64,000 nt of DNA from Candidatus Falkowbacteria bacterium (GCA_037137655.1 JBAXJX010000002.1:37730-101729); one strand, 5' to 3'; numbered from the stretch's first letter, positions 19,108-28,569 are shown. Notes: a model not told the origin generated them from the letters alone. Numbers and translations are program-made.

Positions 19108-20271
19108 TTAGTCATGAAGACAGCGAACGGAATAAGCAGAAGTTCTAAGGCCGGAACCGCGCACAACAGAATTAGCATAGTTAGCCCATGGCCAATTATT
19201 AAGAAAACGACCAATGGAATTAGCACTATCAAATTGAGTTGATGACCAAAAATACATAAAGTTTCCACGACCAGAATACGAAGTGCCAGCGCCAGCGCCA
19301 GAATACAAAGCATTTAAATAGCCTGGGGTAGTATTTATAAAAGCTGAAAATGAATTTCCACAAGCGCCGATGTAACGTCCTGCTGGACAATTAGTTTCAG
19401 TGTCATAATTAAGTTCTAAGGTGTGCCAATCCGCATCACTTGGTACGTGCCAATTTGTTGGACAAATACCTTGACGTGGAGAGGTAATATCGCAAGGAGA
19501 AAGACTGTTATGATTATCACAAGCTGCCGGCAAAGCCATGGCGGTGTGCCATTGGTACAAAGCACCATCAGTGGTACATGAATCTGATACATCACCATAA
19601 CAATATTTCTGAAAAGAACTTGCACTAGTCGATGTAGAAAAATCTGCCTGATTAGTTCCACCAGCAATCATTGTGCCGACATTCAAATTCTGGGTAAACC
19701 AACATTGAGTTCCAATTTGAACAGTATTGTAGTTTTGTCCACCGTAAGAAACTTGGTCGCCACAAGAATTAAAACTGGCTGATCCGCTGCCACCAACCAT
19801 GTTGGTTGAAGTTGCCGCTCCAGCACAAGCTAGATTAAACACGCCGTCAGGAGTGGCACATTTATAGCCAGCGGCCATTGATCCGGCTGGACCACCAAGA
19901 CAGTAACCAATGTTGTAAGCCTTACCTTCACTATCAACGGCGTAAGAATAAGTATTAGCGGCTACGTTACATGAACCATCAGTTGGAGTTGGAGCATGTG
20001 GAACGATTTGCATGTAAGTTGTTGTACCGGTAACCGTGGAAGTTGTGAATATGGTGCCAGAGGCAAAAATATTATTTAGTGGATAATGACCGGCGTCATT
20101 GTAATATAGATCGAGAGCGGTTTGGATTTGTTTCACATCCGCTACGCGGCGCGCGTCGCGCGCTTTCGACCGAGCATTGTTTAGTGCGACAATTGCAATA
20201 GTTGCCAAGAGACCAATGATGGCGATAACAACGAGAAGTTCGATGAGTGTAAAAGCTTTTTTGTTTTTCAT
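19108..20271 (-). CDS. Type IV pilin-like protein with a FISUMP-like domain (paralog 2)
   Basis: AFTLIELLVVIAIIGLLA, NYNTVQIGTQCWFTQNLNVGT, GALYQW, GICPTNWHVPSDADW, and the ending YSVRCLHD. Confidence 0.85.
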   Translation of the reverse strand: MKNKKAFTLIELLVVIAIIGLLATIAIVALNNARSKARDARRVADVKQIQTALDLYYNDAGHYPLNNIFASGTIFTTSTVTGTTTYMQIVPHAPTPTDGSCNVAANTYSYAVDSEGKAYNIGYCLGGPAGSMAAGYKCATPDGVFNLACAGAATSTNMVGGSGSASFNSCGDQVSYGGQNYNTVQIGTQCWFTQNLNVGTMIAGGTNQADFSTSTSASSFQKYCYGDVSDSCTTDGALYQWHTAMALPAACDNHNSLSPCDITSPRQGICPTNWHVPSDADWHTLELNYDTETNCPAGRYIGACGNSFSAFINTTPGYLNALYSGAGAGTSYSGRGNFMYFWSSTQFDSANSIGRFLNNWPWANYANSVVRGSGLRTSAYSVRCLHD

Positions 20272-20292
20272 ATATTTTATTTAATTTTTATT

Positions 20293-21510
20293 TTATTGAT
20301 TTTTTATACAACGCACCGAAACACCAACTCCATTTCTCTCATGACATTCATATCCAACATAACCGCCAGAGTAAAAATAATAAGCACAGGTACTTGGATC
20401 ACCAGTATTCGCCACTGTTGATGTCCACATAATAAAATACGCCCCCTTCAAAACAAACGCACTGCCATTCCAATTGGCGGCACCAGCGGCCACAGCATGA
20501 AACTGATTTGTATTCCAAATATAACCATTGTAGCTATTGTAAACGTTACCCCACTCCGACTGACTTGGTACGTGCCAACCAGTAGGACAAATACCCTGAC
20601 CACTTTCAGTCATGGAATATTGTGCCATCTCATTCCATTGATACAAGGCGCCATCACTCTGACAAATAGCACTATCATTATTATAACAATACTTCTCTAA
20701 TAATGAATTATTAGTTTGACTAGTAGCGCCAGTCACAATAGTACCAACATTTAAACTTTGTCTCATCCAACATTGACTACCAATCAGCATAGTATCATAA
20801 GTACAAGTATCATAATCTGGGGCACCAGTATTGCAAGTGTGGCCAGCGACAGTACTTATAGTAGTTGGAGAGCCACAAGCCCAGGCAGTACAAGTTCCGC
20901 CAATACAACTACCACCATTACAATTAGCATCACGTGCACAATATGTACCACCAGCACAAACCGCATCAACCGGGTCACAATTATCACAACAAGCTACCGC
21001 CGCATCAGTACATGAACAGCTTGGCGCCGCAGCCACAACCCCAGCAGATCCAATAGATCCGGGACTAACATAAGCAATGCCAGTTGGTGAAGCATTATTC
21101 ACACCAGAACGTAAAGATCCGGACGGACCACCGAGACAAAAATTCAAAGAATAATCTGCGCCACCGAAAGAAGAGTATTTATAAACATTATCTGTTGTTG
21201 AGCAGTTATTATCATTTGGAGTTGGTGCAGTTGGAATTTTTACCATATAGCTCGTTGTACCATTAGTGGTGGTAGAATAAATTGATCCAATGCCAAATTC
21301 AGCGGTAGTTGGATATCTACCTTGATCATTAAAAAATAATTCGAGCGCCGTTTGGATTTGTTTCACATCAGCGATGCGGCGCGCGTCACGTGCCTTGGCG
21401 CGAGCGTTTTGTAAGGCGACTACCGCAATCGTTGCCAAGATACCGATAATAGCAATAACAACTAGAAGTTCGATAAGAGTAAAGGCGGATTTTCTGTTTT
21501 TATTTAACAT
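20293..21510 (-). CDS. Type IV pilin-like protein with a FISUMP-like domain (paralog 3)
   Basis: AFTLIELLVVIAIIGILA, MLIGSQCWMRQSLNVGT, GALYQW, GICPTGWHVPSQSEW, and the ending VSVRCIKNQ. It sits 21 nt upstream of paralog 2, so the two probably form an operon. Confidence 0.85.
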   Translation of the reverse strand: MLNKNRKSAFTLIELLVVIAIIGILATIAVVALQNARAKARDARRIADVKQIQTALELFFNDQGRYPTTAEFGIGSIYSTTTNGTTSYMVKIPTAPTPNDNNCSTTDNVYKYSSFGGADYSLNFCLGGPSGSLRSGVNNASPTGIAYVSPGSIGSAGVVAAAPSCSCTDAAVACCDNCDPVDAVCAGGTYCARDANCNGGSCIGGTCTAWACGSPTTISTVAGHTCNTGAPDYDTCTYDTMLIGSQCWMRQSLNVGTIVTGATSQTNNSLLEKYCYNNDSAICQSDGALYQWNEMAQYSMTESGQGICPTGWHVPSQSEWGNVYNSYNGYIWNTNQFHAVAAGAANWNGSAFVLKGAYFIMWTSTVANTGDPSTCAYYFYSGGYVGYECHERNGVGVSVRCIKNQ

Positions 21511-21536
21511 AAAAATAAATAATTTATTATGAATAA

Positions 21537-21565
21537 ATTATAGCAAAATTTTGTTTTTATTCCAA
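21537..21565 (-). promoter_or_regulatory. Promoter of the two-pilin operon
   Basis: On the minus strand, TTGGAA, 17-nt spacer ending in TGC, TATAAT. Confidence 0.6.
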
Positions 21566-21567
21566 AC

Positions 21568-21600
21568 AAAAACTCCCCCATTTTATTGGAGGAGTTTTTT
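21568..21600 (-). terminator. Intrinsic terminator of rnj
   Basis: On the minus strand, AACTCCTCC-loop-GGGGGAGTT followed by a T-run. Confidence 0.7.
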
Positions 21601-21612
21601 ATATTTGTGAGA

Positions 21613-23667
21613 TTAAACTTTAATTACTACTGGAAGCACCATCGGGCGACGCTTAGTTTGAGTAAATAAGAATTGACCAACGTCGTTACGAATTTTATTT
21701 TTAATAAAATCTTCATCGAGTGGTAATTTACCAGCTTGATCTTTCACGATTTTTTTAGCAATCATTCTAGTCTTCTCAATCAAATCTTTATTTTCTTTCA
21801 TATAAACAAAGCCCCGAGAAATTAAATCTGGATTACCAATGATATCATTAGTCTTACTGTCAATCGTAGCAATAACCACAATCATACCATCTTCCGCCAT
21901 CATTTGACGATCACGTAACACGATATCAGAAACATCGCCCACACCTAAACCATCAACCATGACGTAATCAGTTGGAACTTTTTCCATAGTCAACTTACCA
22001 TCAATCGCCCCACTGGCCGATTTACGGAATTCAACTACTTGGCCATTGTCAGCCACAAAGATTTTTTCTCGTGGGATACCAACTTGTTCAGCTAACTCAG
22101 CATGAGCACGTAACATATAGTGACTAGCTTCAATCGGCATAAAATATTCCGGTTGCAATAAACGCATGATCAATTTTAAATCTTCTTGTTTCGCATGTCC
22201 ACCGGCATGTACGTCCATCATTCGATAGTTAATAACTTTCACACCTTGGCGAACCATCTTATCCATTAAGGCTTGAATAGTTCTTTCGTTACCCGGCACA
22301 ACCGAGGAAGAAAAAATTACTGTATCACCTTGCTTAAAATGCACAATACGATGTTCACCAGAAACTACGCGATTTAAAAACGCACCATTAGTTTCACCTT
22401 GAGCACCAGTACCAATTATCAATAATTTATTATCAGGAATTTTATGAAAATCACGGTCTTCCACCAAAATAGCTGGATTAAATTTTAGATAACCAATTTG
22501 GTGTGCCACTTCAACGTTACTGTTAATACTGCGTCCTTGTAAAGAAACACGGCGACCGTAACGAGCAGCTAAATCTAAAATCTTTTGCATACGAGAAAGT
22601 TGAGAGGCAAAAGTACCAACAATAATACGACCAGTAATTTTTTCAAATAAATGTCCCATCTCATCACCAATCGCTGATTCAGAAATCTGGTAACCAGCAT
22701 GAGTCGCATCAGTAGAATCAGACATCAACATTAAAACATCTTCCGCGCCAATTTGCGCAATTCGATTTAAATCAGCTGGCTTATCATTAACGGGAGTGAA
22801 ATCGATTTTAAAATCACCAGTGTGAATAATTTTTCCAAGCGGAGTATTAACAATAATTGCAAAACAATCTGGAATGGAATGGTTTACACGTAAAAATTCA
22901 ATATCAAAACCAGCGCCTAATTTAATACGATTAGTTTCATCAATTTCTTTAATATTTAAAACTGGGGCCAAGTTAAATTCCACATTTCTCTTACGCACTA
23001 GTCCAGCTGTAAGTTTTCCCATGAACATCGGTGGATTACCGATTTTACCCATGATGTGTGGAATACCACCAATGTGGTCCATGTGGCCATGAGTAATAAT
23101 TACACCTTTAATCCAATCTTTTTTATCTTCTAAATAAGAAATATTTGGAATGATATAATCGATACCATACATATCCTCTTCCGGAAACTGAAGACCCATA
23201 TCAATAATAATAATTTCCTTATTGAATTCAATCAAAGTCATGTTGCGACCAACTTCTTCTAAGCCACCCAAAACCATCACGCGTAATTGTCCAAGTTTAT
23301 CAACTTTTTCAAATTTCACATCGTTTTGTGTTGGGCGATGAGTTGAACTCGATCCGCCGCGATATGGTGGACGAGAATTATTTGTATTATTAAAACGACG
23401 TGGGCCATTGCTCGCCGGACGAGGCGTAGCACTACTCATTGGTCGAGGTGCTGTGCCAGTGCTCATTGGTTGAGCAGTTGGAGCAGAATTACTCATTGTT
23501 GGGCGAGACATTCTGTCACCAGAATATGTCGCACTACTAACCGTATCAGTATTAGTACGCAAACTACGCACATCATTACTTATCGGTCGCACACTTGTTG
23601 TTGTCGGTCGTTTAGCCGACGGAGCTAGCACAGGATCTGTGCCAGTCGGTTTGTACTTTCTAATCAT
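21613..23667 (-). CDS. rnj: Ribonuclease J with an N-terminal extension of about 125 aa rich in P/S/T/R
   Basis: Metallo-beta-lactamase motif ITHGHMDHIGG, a beta-CASP region and the typical C-terminal domain. Confidence 0.93.
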   Translation of the reverse strand: MIRKYKPTGTDPVLAPSAKRPTTTSVRPISNDVRSLRTNTDTVSSATYSGDRMSRPTMSNSAPTAQPMSTGTAPRPMSSATPRPASNGPRRFNNTNNSRPPYRGGSSSTHRPTQNDVKFEKVDKLGQLRVMVLGGLEEVGRNMTLIEFNKEIIIIDMGLQFPEEDMYGIDYIIPNISYLEDKKDWIKGVIITHGHMDHIGGIPHIMGKIGNPPMFMGKLTAGLVRKRNVEFNLAPVLNIKEIDETNRIKLGAGFDIEFLRVNHSIPDCFAIIVNTPLGKIIHTGDFKIDFTPVNDKPADLNRIAQIGAEDVLMLMSDSTDATHAGYQISESAIGDEMGHLFEKITGRIIVGTFASQLSRMQKILDLAARYGRRVSLQGRSINSNVEVAHQIGYLKFNPAILVEDRDFHKIPDNKLLIIGTGAQGETNGAFLNRVVSGEHRIVHFKQGDTVIFSSSVVPGNERTIQALMDKMVRQGVKVINYRMMDVHAGGHAKQEDLKLIMRLLQPEYFMPIEASHYMLRAHAELAEQVGIPREKIFVADNGQVVEFRKSASGAIDGKLTMEKVPTDYVMVDGLGVGDVSDIVLRDRQMMAEDGMIVVIATIDSKTNDIIGNPDLISRGFVYMKENKDLIEKTRMIAKKIVKDQAGKLPLDEDFIKNKIRNDVGQFLFTQTKRRPMVLPVVIKV

Positions 23668-23688
23668 AATTTTAAGTTTTAAGAGTCC

Positions 23689-25617
23689 TTACCAAGTTAA
23701 TTTTTTCTTGGTGTTAATATACCATTGTGAAATATTAGAGAAACGATCATTAAAGTTAACAATAGTTTCAGATTTTAGACCATTAATTTTTTTATTTTGT
23801 AAATATAAATAACGTGGAGAATATAAAAATATCATCGGTATTTCGTTTGTAATAATCTCTTGGAATTTTTGATATTTGGCGATACGCACATCAGTAGAGG
23901 TTGCTAGACGACCAGCCTCAAGTAAGGTATCAACATCTTTATTTTTGTATTCGGAAATATTTAAACCACCATTTCCAATTTGGGACGAATGCCAAAAGGC
24001 ATATTGGTCAGGATCATTTCCAATTGCTTGACCAAAAATGAAAGCTTCAAAATTTCTTGTCGCAATAATATTAGATTGCAAATCTTCAACTGCCACTGGA
24101 TTAATTTTGACTTTTACACCTAAGGCTTCCCAGGAATTTTTAACAGCATTTGCCAATTTTAATCCATCTTCAGAATTAATCGCTGTCAGTGTTACTGATA
24201 AAAATGGTGTTTGAACACCTTTTTTGGTTGACTTAAAAAGCCAGGTTCCTGCCAAAGAAATTTGGCTCGAACTAGCATAATCAAACAATTCTTTTTTTAA
24301 TGACAAATTTTCATCTTTCTTAGTTTGCTCTGGGGTCAGAGCACCAATCTCGGAAACTTCCGATTCATTAATCGTAATTTTTTTCCAGCCGGAATCAGAC
24401 AAGATTTTTTCCGCGGCGGCAAAATTATATTCGTATTTGTTTATTTTATCATTAAAAAAAGGACTGCTTGTTAATATCGGACCATTAGCCACAACAGCAC
24501 TATCACCAAAAGTATCGGTCACGATTTTGTTTTTATCTAAGGCCACGGCCAAAGCTTGGCGCACTGCCTTATCACTTAAGTTTGGATTATTTTTTTGGTT
24601 AATAAAAATTCCATAAACTTTATCAAAGTTTAAACGTTGGACGTTAAAAGAATTTTTAGCCAAAACATCTTTCTCGCTGCCATGAGGAATATTTCCTAAA
24701 GCATCAATACTATTATCATTTAAAGCTGCAACAGCTCCAACGATATCAGAATAAAATTTGAAAAATATTGTTTGAATATATGGGCCATCTTCATAATAAT
24801 TTTGATTAGCCACTAAAGAATATTCTTTTATTTCTCCATTTTTATTCTTAGTCAAAGAATCAAATTTATATGGACCTGAACCAATCGGTTTAAGATTCAA
24901 ATCAGCTAAATTAGCTGTTGTTGGATCAATGTTTTGCCACAAATTATGTGGTAAAATACCGAATGTCAACATCTCCGGGAAAGCCGCATAAGCCTCTGAC
25001 AAAGTTAATTTTATAGTTTGATCATCAACTCGCTCCACATCAACGCCAGAAAATACTGAGTGCCAAGGTGAACTATAGTTTGGATCAGCCATCGCATTGA
25101 TTGTAAAGATAACATCATCAACCGTTAATTTATCACCATTGCTAAAATAAGCGTCATTTCGAAGAGTTATTGTATACACTTTACCGTCATCAGACAATGA
25201 CCATGATTTTGCCAAGTCATTTATTAGAGCGCCTTTAGCGTCTCGCTTAAACAATGAAGAAAAAATTAAAGAACTTAAATCACTATCAACATCGCGTTTA
25301 TAATTATATAAGGGATTAATATACTTTGGTGCTCCAACTAAACCTTCAATATACTGACCACCAAAAGCTGGGGAAATCTTTAAATGACTACGAAAAAAAC
25401 CAACTCCAAAAAATATTAAACAAACAAAAATAAGGGAAAAAGAAATCTTTAACCACATATTTTCCTGTTTGCTAACAATTTTGGGCAAATACTTTAATTG
25501 CTTAAAGTTAGGAATGATTTTTGGCGACAAAGAATAAACTAAATTACGGTCTGCTTGGGTATGCGGATCGCTTTTTTTAAATAGTTTATTGATTAGTTTA
25601 TTTTGAAGTAGGCTCAC
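23689..25617 (-). CDS. ABC-transporter family-5 (peptide/nickel, OppA/DppA-like) substrate-binding protein, membrane-anchored
   Basis: SBP_bac_5-like sequence along the whole length, with an N-terminal TM helix (WLKISFSLIFVCLIFFGVGFF). GTG start in the track. No permease or ATPase genes nearby. Confidence 0.8.
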   Translation of the reverse strand: MSLLQNKLINKLFKKSDPHTQADRNLVYSLSPKIIPNFKQLKYLPKIVSKQENMWLKISFSLIFVCLIFFGVGFFRSHLKISPAFGGQYIEGLVGAPKYINPLYNYKRDVDSDLSSLIFSSLFKRDAKGALINDLAKSWSLSDDGKVYTITLRNDAYFSNGDKLTVDDVIFTINAMADPNYSSPWHSVFSGVDVERVDDQTIKLTLSEAYAAFPEMLTFGILPHNLWQNIDPTTANLADLNLKPIGSGPYKFDSLTKNKNGEIKEYSLVANQNYYEDGPYIQTIFFKFYSDIVGAVAALNDNSIDALGNIPHGSEKDVLAKNSFNVQRLNFDKVYGIFINQKNNPNLSDKAVRQALAVALDKNKIVTDTFGDSAVVANGPILTSSPFFNDKINKYEYNFAAAEKILSDSGWKKITINESEVSEIGALTPEQTKKDENLSLKKELFDYASSSQISLAGTWLFKSTKKGVQTPFLSVTLTAINSEDGLKLANAVKNSWEALGVKVKINPVAVEDLQSNIIATRNFEAFIFGQAIGNDPDQYAFWHSSQIGNGGLNISEYKNKDVDTLLEAGRLATSTDVRIAKYQKFQEIITNEIPMIFLYSPRYLYLQNKKINGLKSETIVNFNDRFSNISQWYINTKKKLTW

Positions 25618-25661
25618 AGTAAGATTATAACATTAAAACAGAAAACTGCCAAAGAGGATGA

Positions 25662-25880
25662 TTATCGACCTAAAACTGGTCCAAGTAAAGCTAAAGCTAG
25701 AAACAAAACTGCTAGAACTATAGTTGCGATAAAAAGCTTTTTTTCTAAACCACGTTTAGTTAAGTAAACCGCATTAGAACCGCCAAAAGAATCACCTAAA
25801 CCAGAACCCTGGCTTTGTAGAAGGATTGATAATATCAATAAGATAGCAACAATTAATTGAGAAACTTTTATCCAGTTCAT
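25662..25880 (-). CDS. secG: Preprotein translocase subunit SecG
   Basis: 72 aa with two TM helices flanking LLQSQGSGLGDSFGG. Confidence 0.85.
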   Translation of the reverse strand: MNWIKVSQLIVAILLILSILLQSQGSGLGDSFGGSNAVYLTKRGLEKKLFIATIVLAVLFLALALLGPVLGR

Positions 25881-25885
25881 AAGAA

Positions 25886-26233
25886 TTATTTTTTAACTTC
25901 AGTGATGATTTTTTCCAAAACTTTAGGATTGTTTTCAGCTAAGTCAGCTAAAATCTTACGATCAATAGAAACGTTAGCAACCTTCAAAGCATTGATAAAT
26001 CGAGAGTAAGAAATTCCAAATTCCTTAACCATAGCACTGATTTTAATCTGCCATAAAGCACGAGTAGTTCTCTTTTTCTTACGTCTATCAACATAAGCAT
26101 GAACACCAGCTTTAGTGCGGGCAGTTTTTGCAACTCTGATTAAATTCTTTCGACCCCATTTAAAACCTTTAACGGCAGCACGGAGTGATCTTCGTTTTTT
26201 TACATGGCTAGTGCCTCTTTTTACTCTTGGCAT
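25886..26233 (-). CDS. rplT: 50S ribosomal protein L20
   Basis: N-terminus MPRVKRGTSHVKKRR, in the infC-rpmI-rplT operon order. Confidence 0.95.
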   Translation of the reverse strand: MPRVKRGTSHVKKRRSLRAAVKGFKWGRKNLIRVAKTARTKAGVHAYVDRRKKKRTTRALWQIKISAMVKEFGISYSRFINALKVANVSIDRKILADLAENNPKVLEKIITEVKK

Positions 26234-26241
26234 ATATTTTT

Positions 26242-26439
26242 TTAGTTATAAGGGGTTAATTGTTTGATAGTTCTGTCTAAAGTAGTAGTAGTCGCAATAT
26301 CACGACGTTTACTTCTGGTTTCATTACCAGTATCTCTGGCATTAAAATGGTTTTGACCGCTCTTACGTTGGGTTAACTTATTTTTTCCAGTAACTTTAAA
26401 ACGTTTTACGGTAGCTTTGTGGGTCTTAATCTTTGGCAT
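26242..26439 (-). CDS. rpmI: 50S ribosomal protein L35
   Basis: N-terminus MPKIKTHKATVKRFKVTGKNK. Confidence 0.93.
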   Translation of the reverse strand: MPKIKTHKATVKRFKVTGKNKLTQRKSGQNHFNARDTGNETRSKRRDIATTTTLDRTIKQLTPYN

Positions 26440-26481
26440 ATAGATAATAAAAAACAGGTTAAACCCTGATTTTTAACATAA

Positions 26482-27039
26482 TTACTTTTTATTAACTAGT
26501 ATAATACTAAAGCCTGACGGCGATTTTGTCAAGGGCTGATCTTCTTCTAAGTTCAGATCTGGTTGATTCTTAAGAAAATTAACGAATTCCAACATAATTT
26601 CACGTGCTCTGTCAAAATGTTGGCGCTCGCGACCACGTAAAAACATTTCTACTTTCAAGCGATCGTCAGCTTTTAGAAATTTAACGCCCTGTTGAGCGCG
26701 AATATCAATATCATGCTGTCCGATTCTAAAAGTAAGCTTAATGCTCTTTGTGTCAACTTTCTTTTGCAACACCTTTTGTTTATGCATCTTTTTCTCATGC
26801 TCATACTTCAATTGACCCAAATTAGTGATTTTAGCCACTGGCGGATTCGCCTTTGGATTAACTTCCACCAAATCTAAATCAGCCTCGCGGGCGCGGGCTA
26901 CAGCTTCAGCAGTCGTCATAATACCAAGACGTTCACCGTCTTCGTCAATTAAAAACACCATGTCTGACTTAATTTTCTCATTAGCTGAGAAAATCTTAGT
27001 CTCTACTTTTGGTTTAGCTTTCTGATAATTTCGTCGCAT
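26482..27039 (-). CDS. infC: Translation initiation factor IF-3
   Basis: IF3 N-domain (VFLIDEDGERLGIM..ALARAREADLDLVEV) and C-domain (KSIKLTFRIGQHDIDIR). Confidence 0.93.
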   Translation of the reverse strand: MRRNYQKAKPKVETKIFSANEKIKSDMVFLIDEDGERLGIMTTAEAVARAREADLDLVEVNPKANPPVAKITNLGQLKYEHEKKMHKQKVLQKKVDTKSIKLTFRIGQHDIDIRAQQGVKFLKADDRLKVEMFLRGRERQHFDRAREIMLEFVNFLKNQPDLNLEEDQPLTKSPSGFSIILVNKK

Positions 27040-27071
27040 GATTCTTGAAAGATTAATGCTTAATAAAAGTG

Positions 27072-27144
27072 AGCGGGTAGGGGGAATCGAACCCCCATCC
27101 TCAGCTTGGAAGGCTGATATAAAAAACCATTATACGATACCCGC
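27072..27144 (-). tRNA. tRNA-Gly (anticodon TCC)
   Basis: Reverse complement reads GCGGGTA..TCAGC-CTTCCAA-GCTGA..GGGGGTTCGATTCCCCC-TACCCGC. Confidence 0.88.
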
Positions 27145-27166
27145 AACGTATAAAAACAAACAAATG

Positions 27167-27250
27167 TACCGCGAGAGGGAATCGAACCCTCAAGATATCG
27201 CTATCACCGGATTTTAAGTCCGGCGCGTCTACCAATTCCGCCATCGCGGC
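27167..27250 (-). tRNA. tRNA-Leu (anticodon TAA), long variable arm
   Basis: Reverse complement reads GCCGCGA..CCGGA-CTTAAAA-TCCGG, a variable arm, then GAGGGTTCGATTCCCTC-TCGCGGT. Confidence 0.88.
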
Positions 27251-27268
27251 AAATAAAAAATACTAACG

Positions 27269-27650
27269 TGGAGATGATGGGAGTCGAACCCATGTCTAAC
27301 AAGTTTTTCAAAATAGTTCTACAAGAATAGTCTGATTTAAGGTCTTATCTAGATTATCAAAACCTGACAAAAGTAATCTAAACCAGCTAACAAATGGTTC
27401 GGCTTAAAAGTGCTAGCACCCGATAAGCCTATCTTCAGCGAATTACACCAGAGGTCGATTATGAAGAGTCCTCGTTCTGATGGTTGTCGGTTTTATTAAG
27501 CGACAACAGGAGCAAAAGCTGGAACTTTCCATGAGAAAGCGGCTTTAGCAGTGTTTTTTACACTTATGTTTTAAGCGGGATTAACGTGGGCGCTAGACCA
27601 CGGCTTGCGTATAATGAAAAAATATCTTGCTATCGATGCCTGACATCCCC
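27269..27650 (-). ncRNA. ssrA: tmRNA (SsrA)
   Basis: 5' GGGGATG pairs with 3' CATCTCC, keeping the G3:U70 Ala identity pair, and the T-arm is GGGTTCGACTCCC. The internal tag frame GCT AAA GCC ... GTT GTC GCT TAA TAA has its stop codons in a hairpin loop. Adjacent to smpB. Confidence 0.9.
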
Positions 27651-27657
27651 CAATATT

Positions 27658-28125
27658 TTATCTGCGTTCTTTTGTTAAAGTTCTTAAATGGCGCGCGACA
27701 TCTTTTTTCTTGATGTCTTCTCGTTTATCATACTTTTTCTTACCTTGACCCACGCCAAACTCTAGCTTGATAAAACTGTTTTTAGTATATAGTTTTATTG
27801 GGACTAATGTCAAGCCTGCTTGCTTCTTTTTTCCGATTAAATGAGCAATTTCTTTTTGGTGTAATAAAATCTGACGCGGACGAGTCGGATTATAGTCCGT
27901 TAATTCTCCGGCCGGACCATATTTGGAAACATGAGCTTTTAATAAAAATAGCTTAGTATCGCCTGAACTGTCAGTACGGACATCAATATAGGCCTCCTTT
28001 AAACTAATGTGCCCGGCTTTAATTGATTTTACTTCATAACCAAGCAAAACTAAGCCGGCTTCATAAGTTTCCAGAATCTTATAATCAAAATTAGCTTTTT
28101 TATTAACAACTAAAACACTGTCCAT
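27658..28125 (-). CDS. smpB: SsrA-binding protein SmpB
   Basis: NKKANFDYKILETYEAGLVLLGYEVKSIK. The ATG at 28125 (MDSVLVV) is preferred over the extended track ORF (28191). Confidence 0.92.
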   Translation of the reverse strand: MDSVLVVNKKANFDYKILETYEAGLVLLGYEVKSIKAGHISLKEAYIDVRTDSSGDTKLFLLKAHVSKYGPAGELTDYNPTRPRQILLHQKEIAHLIGKKKQAGLTLVPIKLYTKNSFIKLEFGVGQGKKKYDKREDIKKKDVARHLRTLTKERR

Positions 28126-28169
28126 AAAATAAATTATTATTAGTCTCAGTGTATAGTATTTTTTGAAGA

Positions 28170-28499
28170 TTGGCAAAAAACTCATTGACATCTACAAGAT
28201 CAATTACACCTCTTTTTGCGTATACATTAGAAGAAGAAACTGGAAAGCTAACTTTAACAGCCAAAAACGGTTATTACATGAGTAGCGAAAAAAACAAAAT
28301 GTTAATATTTAAAGGTAAAGACCTGGAAAAAACTACTCAAAATTTCTTCAACTATTTTATTTCTGGTGGTGAAGCTAAAATCAACAAAGATGTTAGTGGA
28401 GAACAATTTTACACTCATTTTATCTACGAAAAAGATCACTGGCTAGTAAAAAGAGCGGAAATTAGTTGGCAATCATATGGTGAATATGATGACGACTAA
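28170..28499 (+). CDS. Hypothetical protein (start uncertain: TTG at 28170 or ATG at 28278)
   Basis: The ORF ends just before a bidirectional terminator. No recognisable domain and no clear promoter. Confidence 0.4.
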   Translation: MAKNSLTSTRSITPLFAYTLEEETGKLTLTAKNGYYMSSEKNKMLIFKGKDLEKTTQNFFNYFISGGEAKINKDVSGEQFYTHFIYEKDHWLVKRAEISWQSYGEYDDD

Positions 28500-28516
28500 A
28501 CCAATATTCAAGTATC

Positions 28517-28547
28517 AAAAACGACCCTCTCGCGAAGGTCGTTTTTT
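28517..28547. terminator. Bidirectional terminator (28170 ORF and tig)
   Basis: AAAACGACC-loop-GGTCGTTTT between convergent genes. Confidence 0.7.
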
Positions 28548-28569
28548 ATTTATACTAATCAAATACTTA

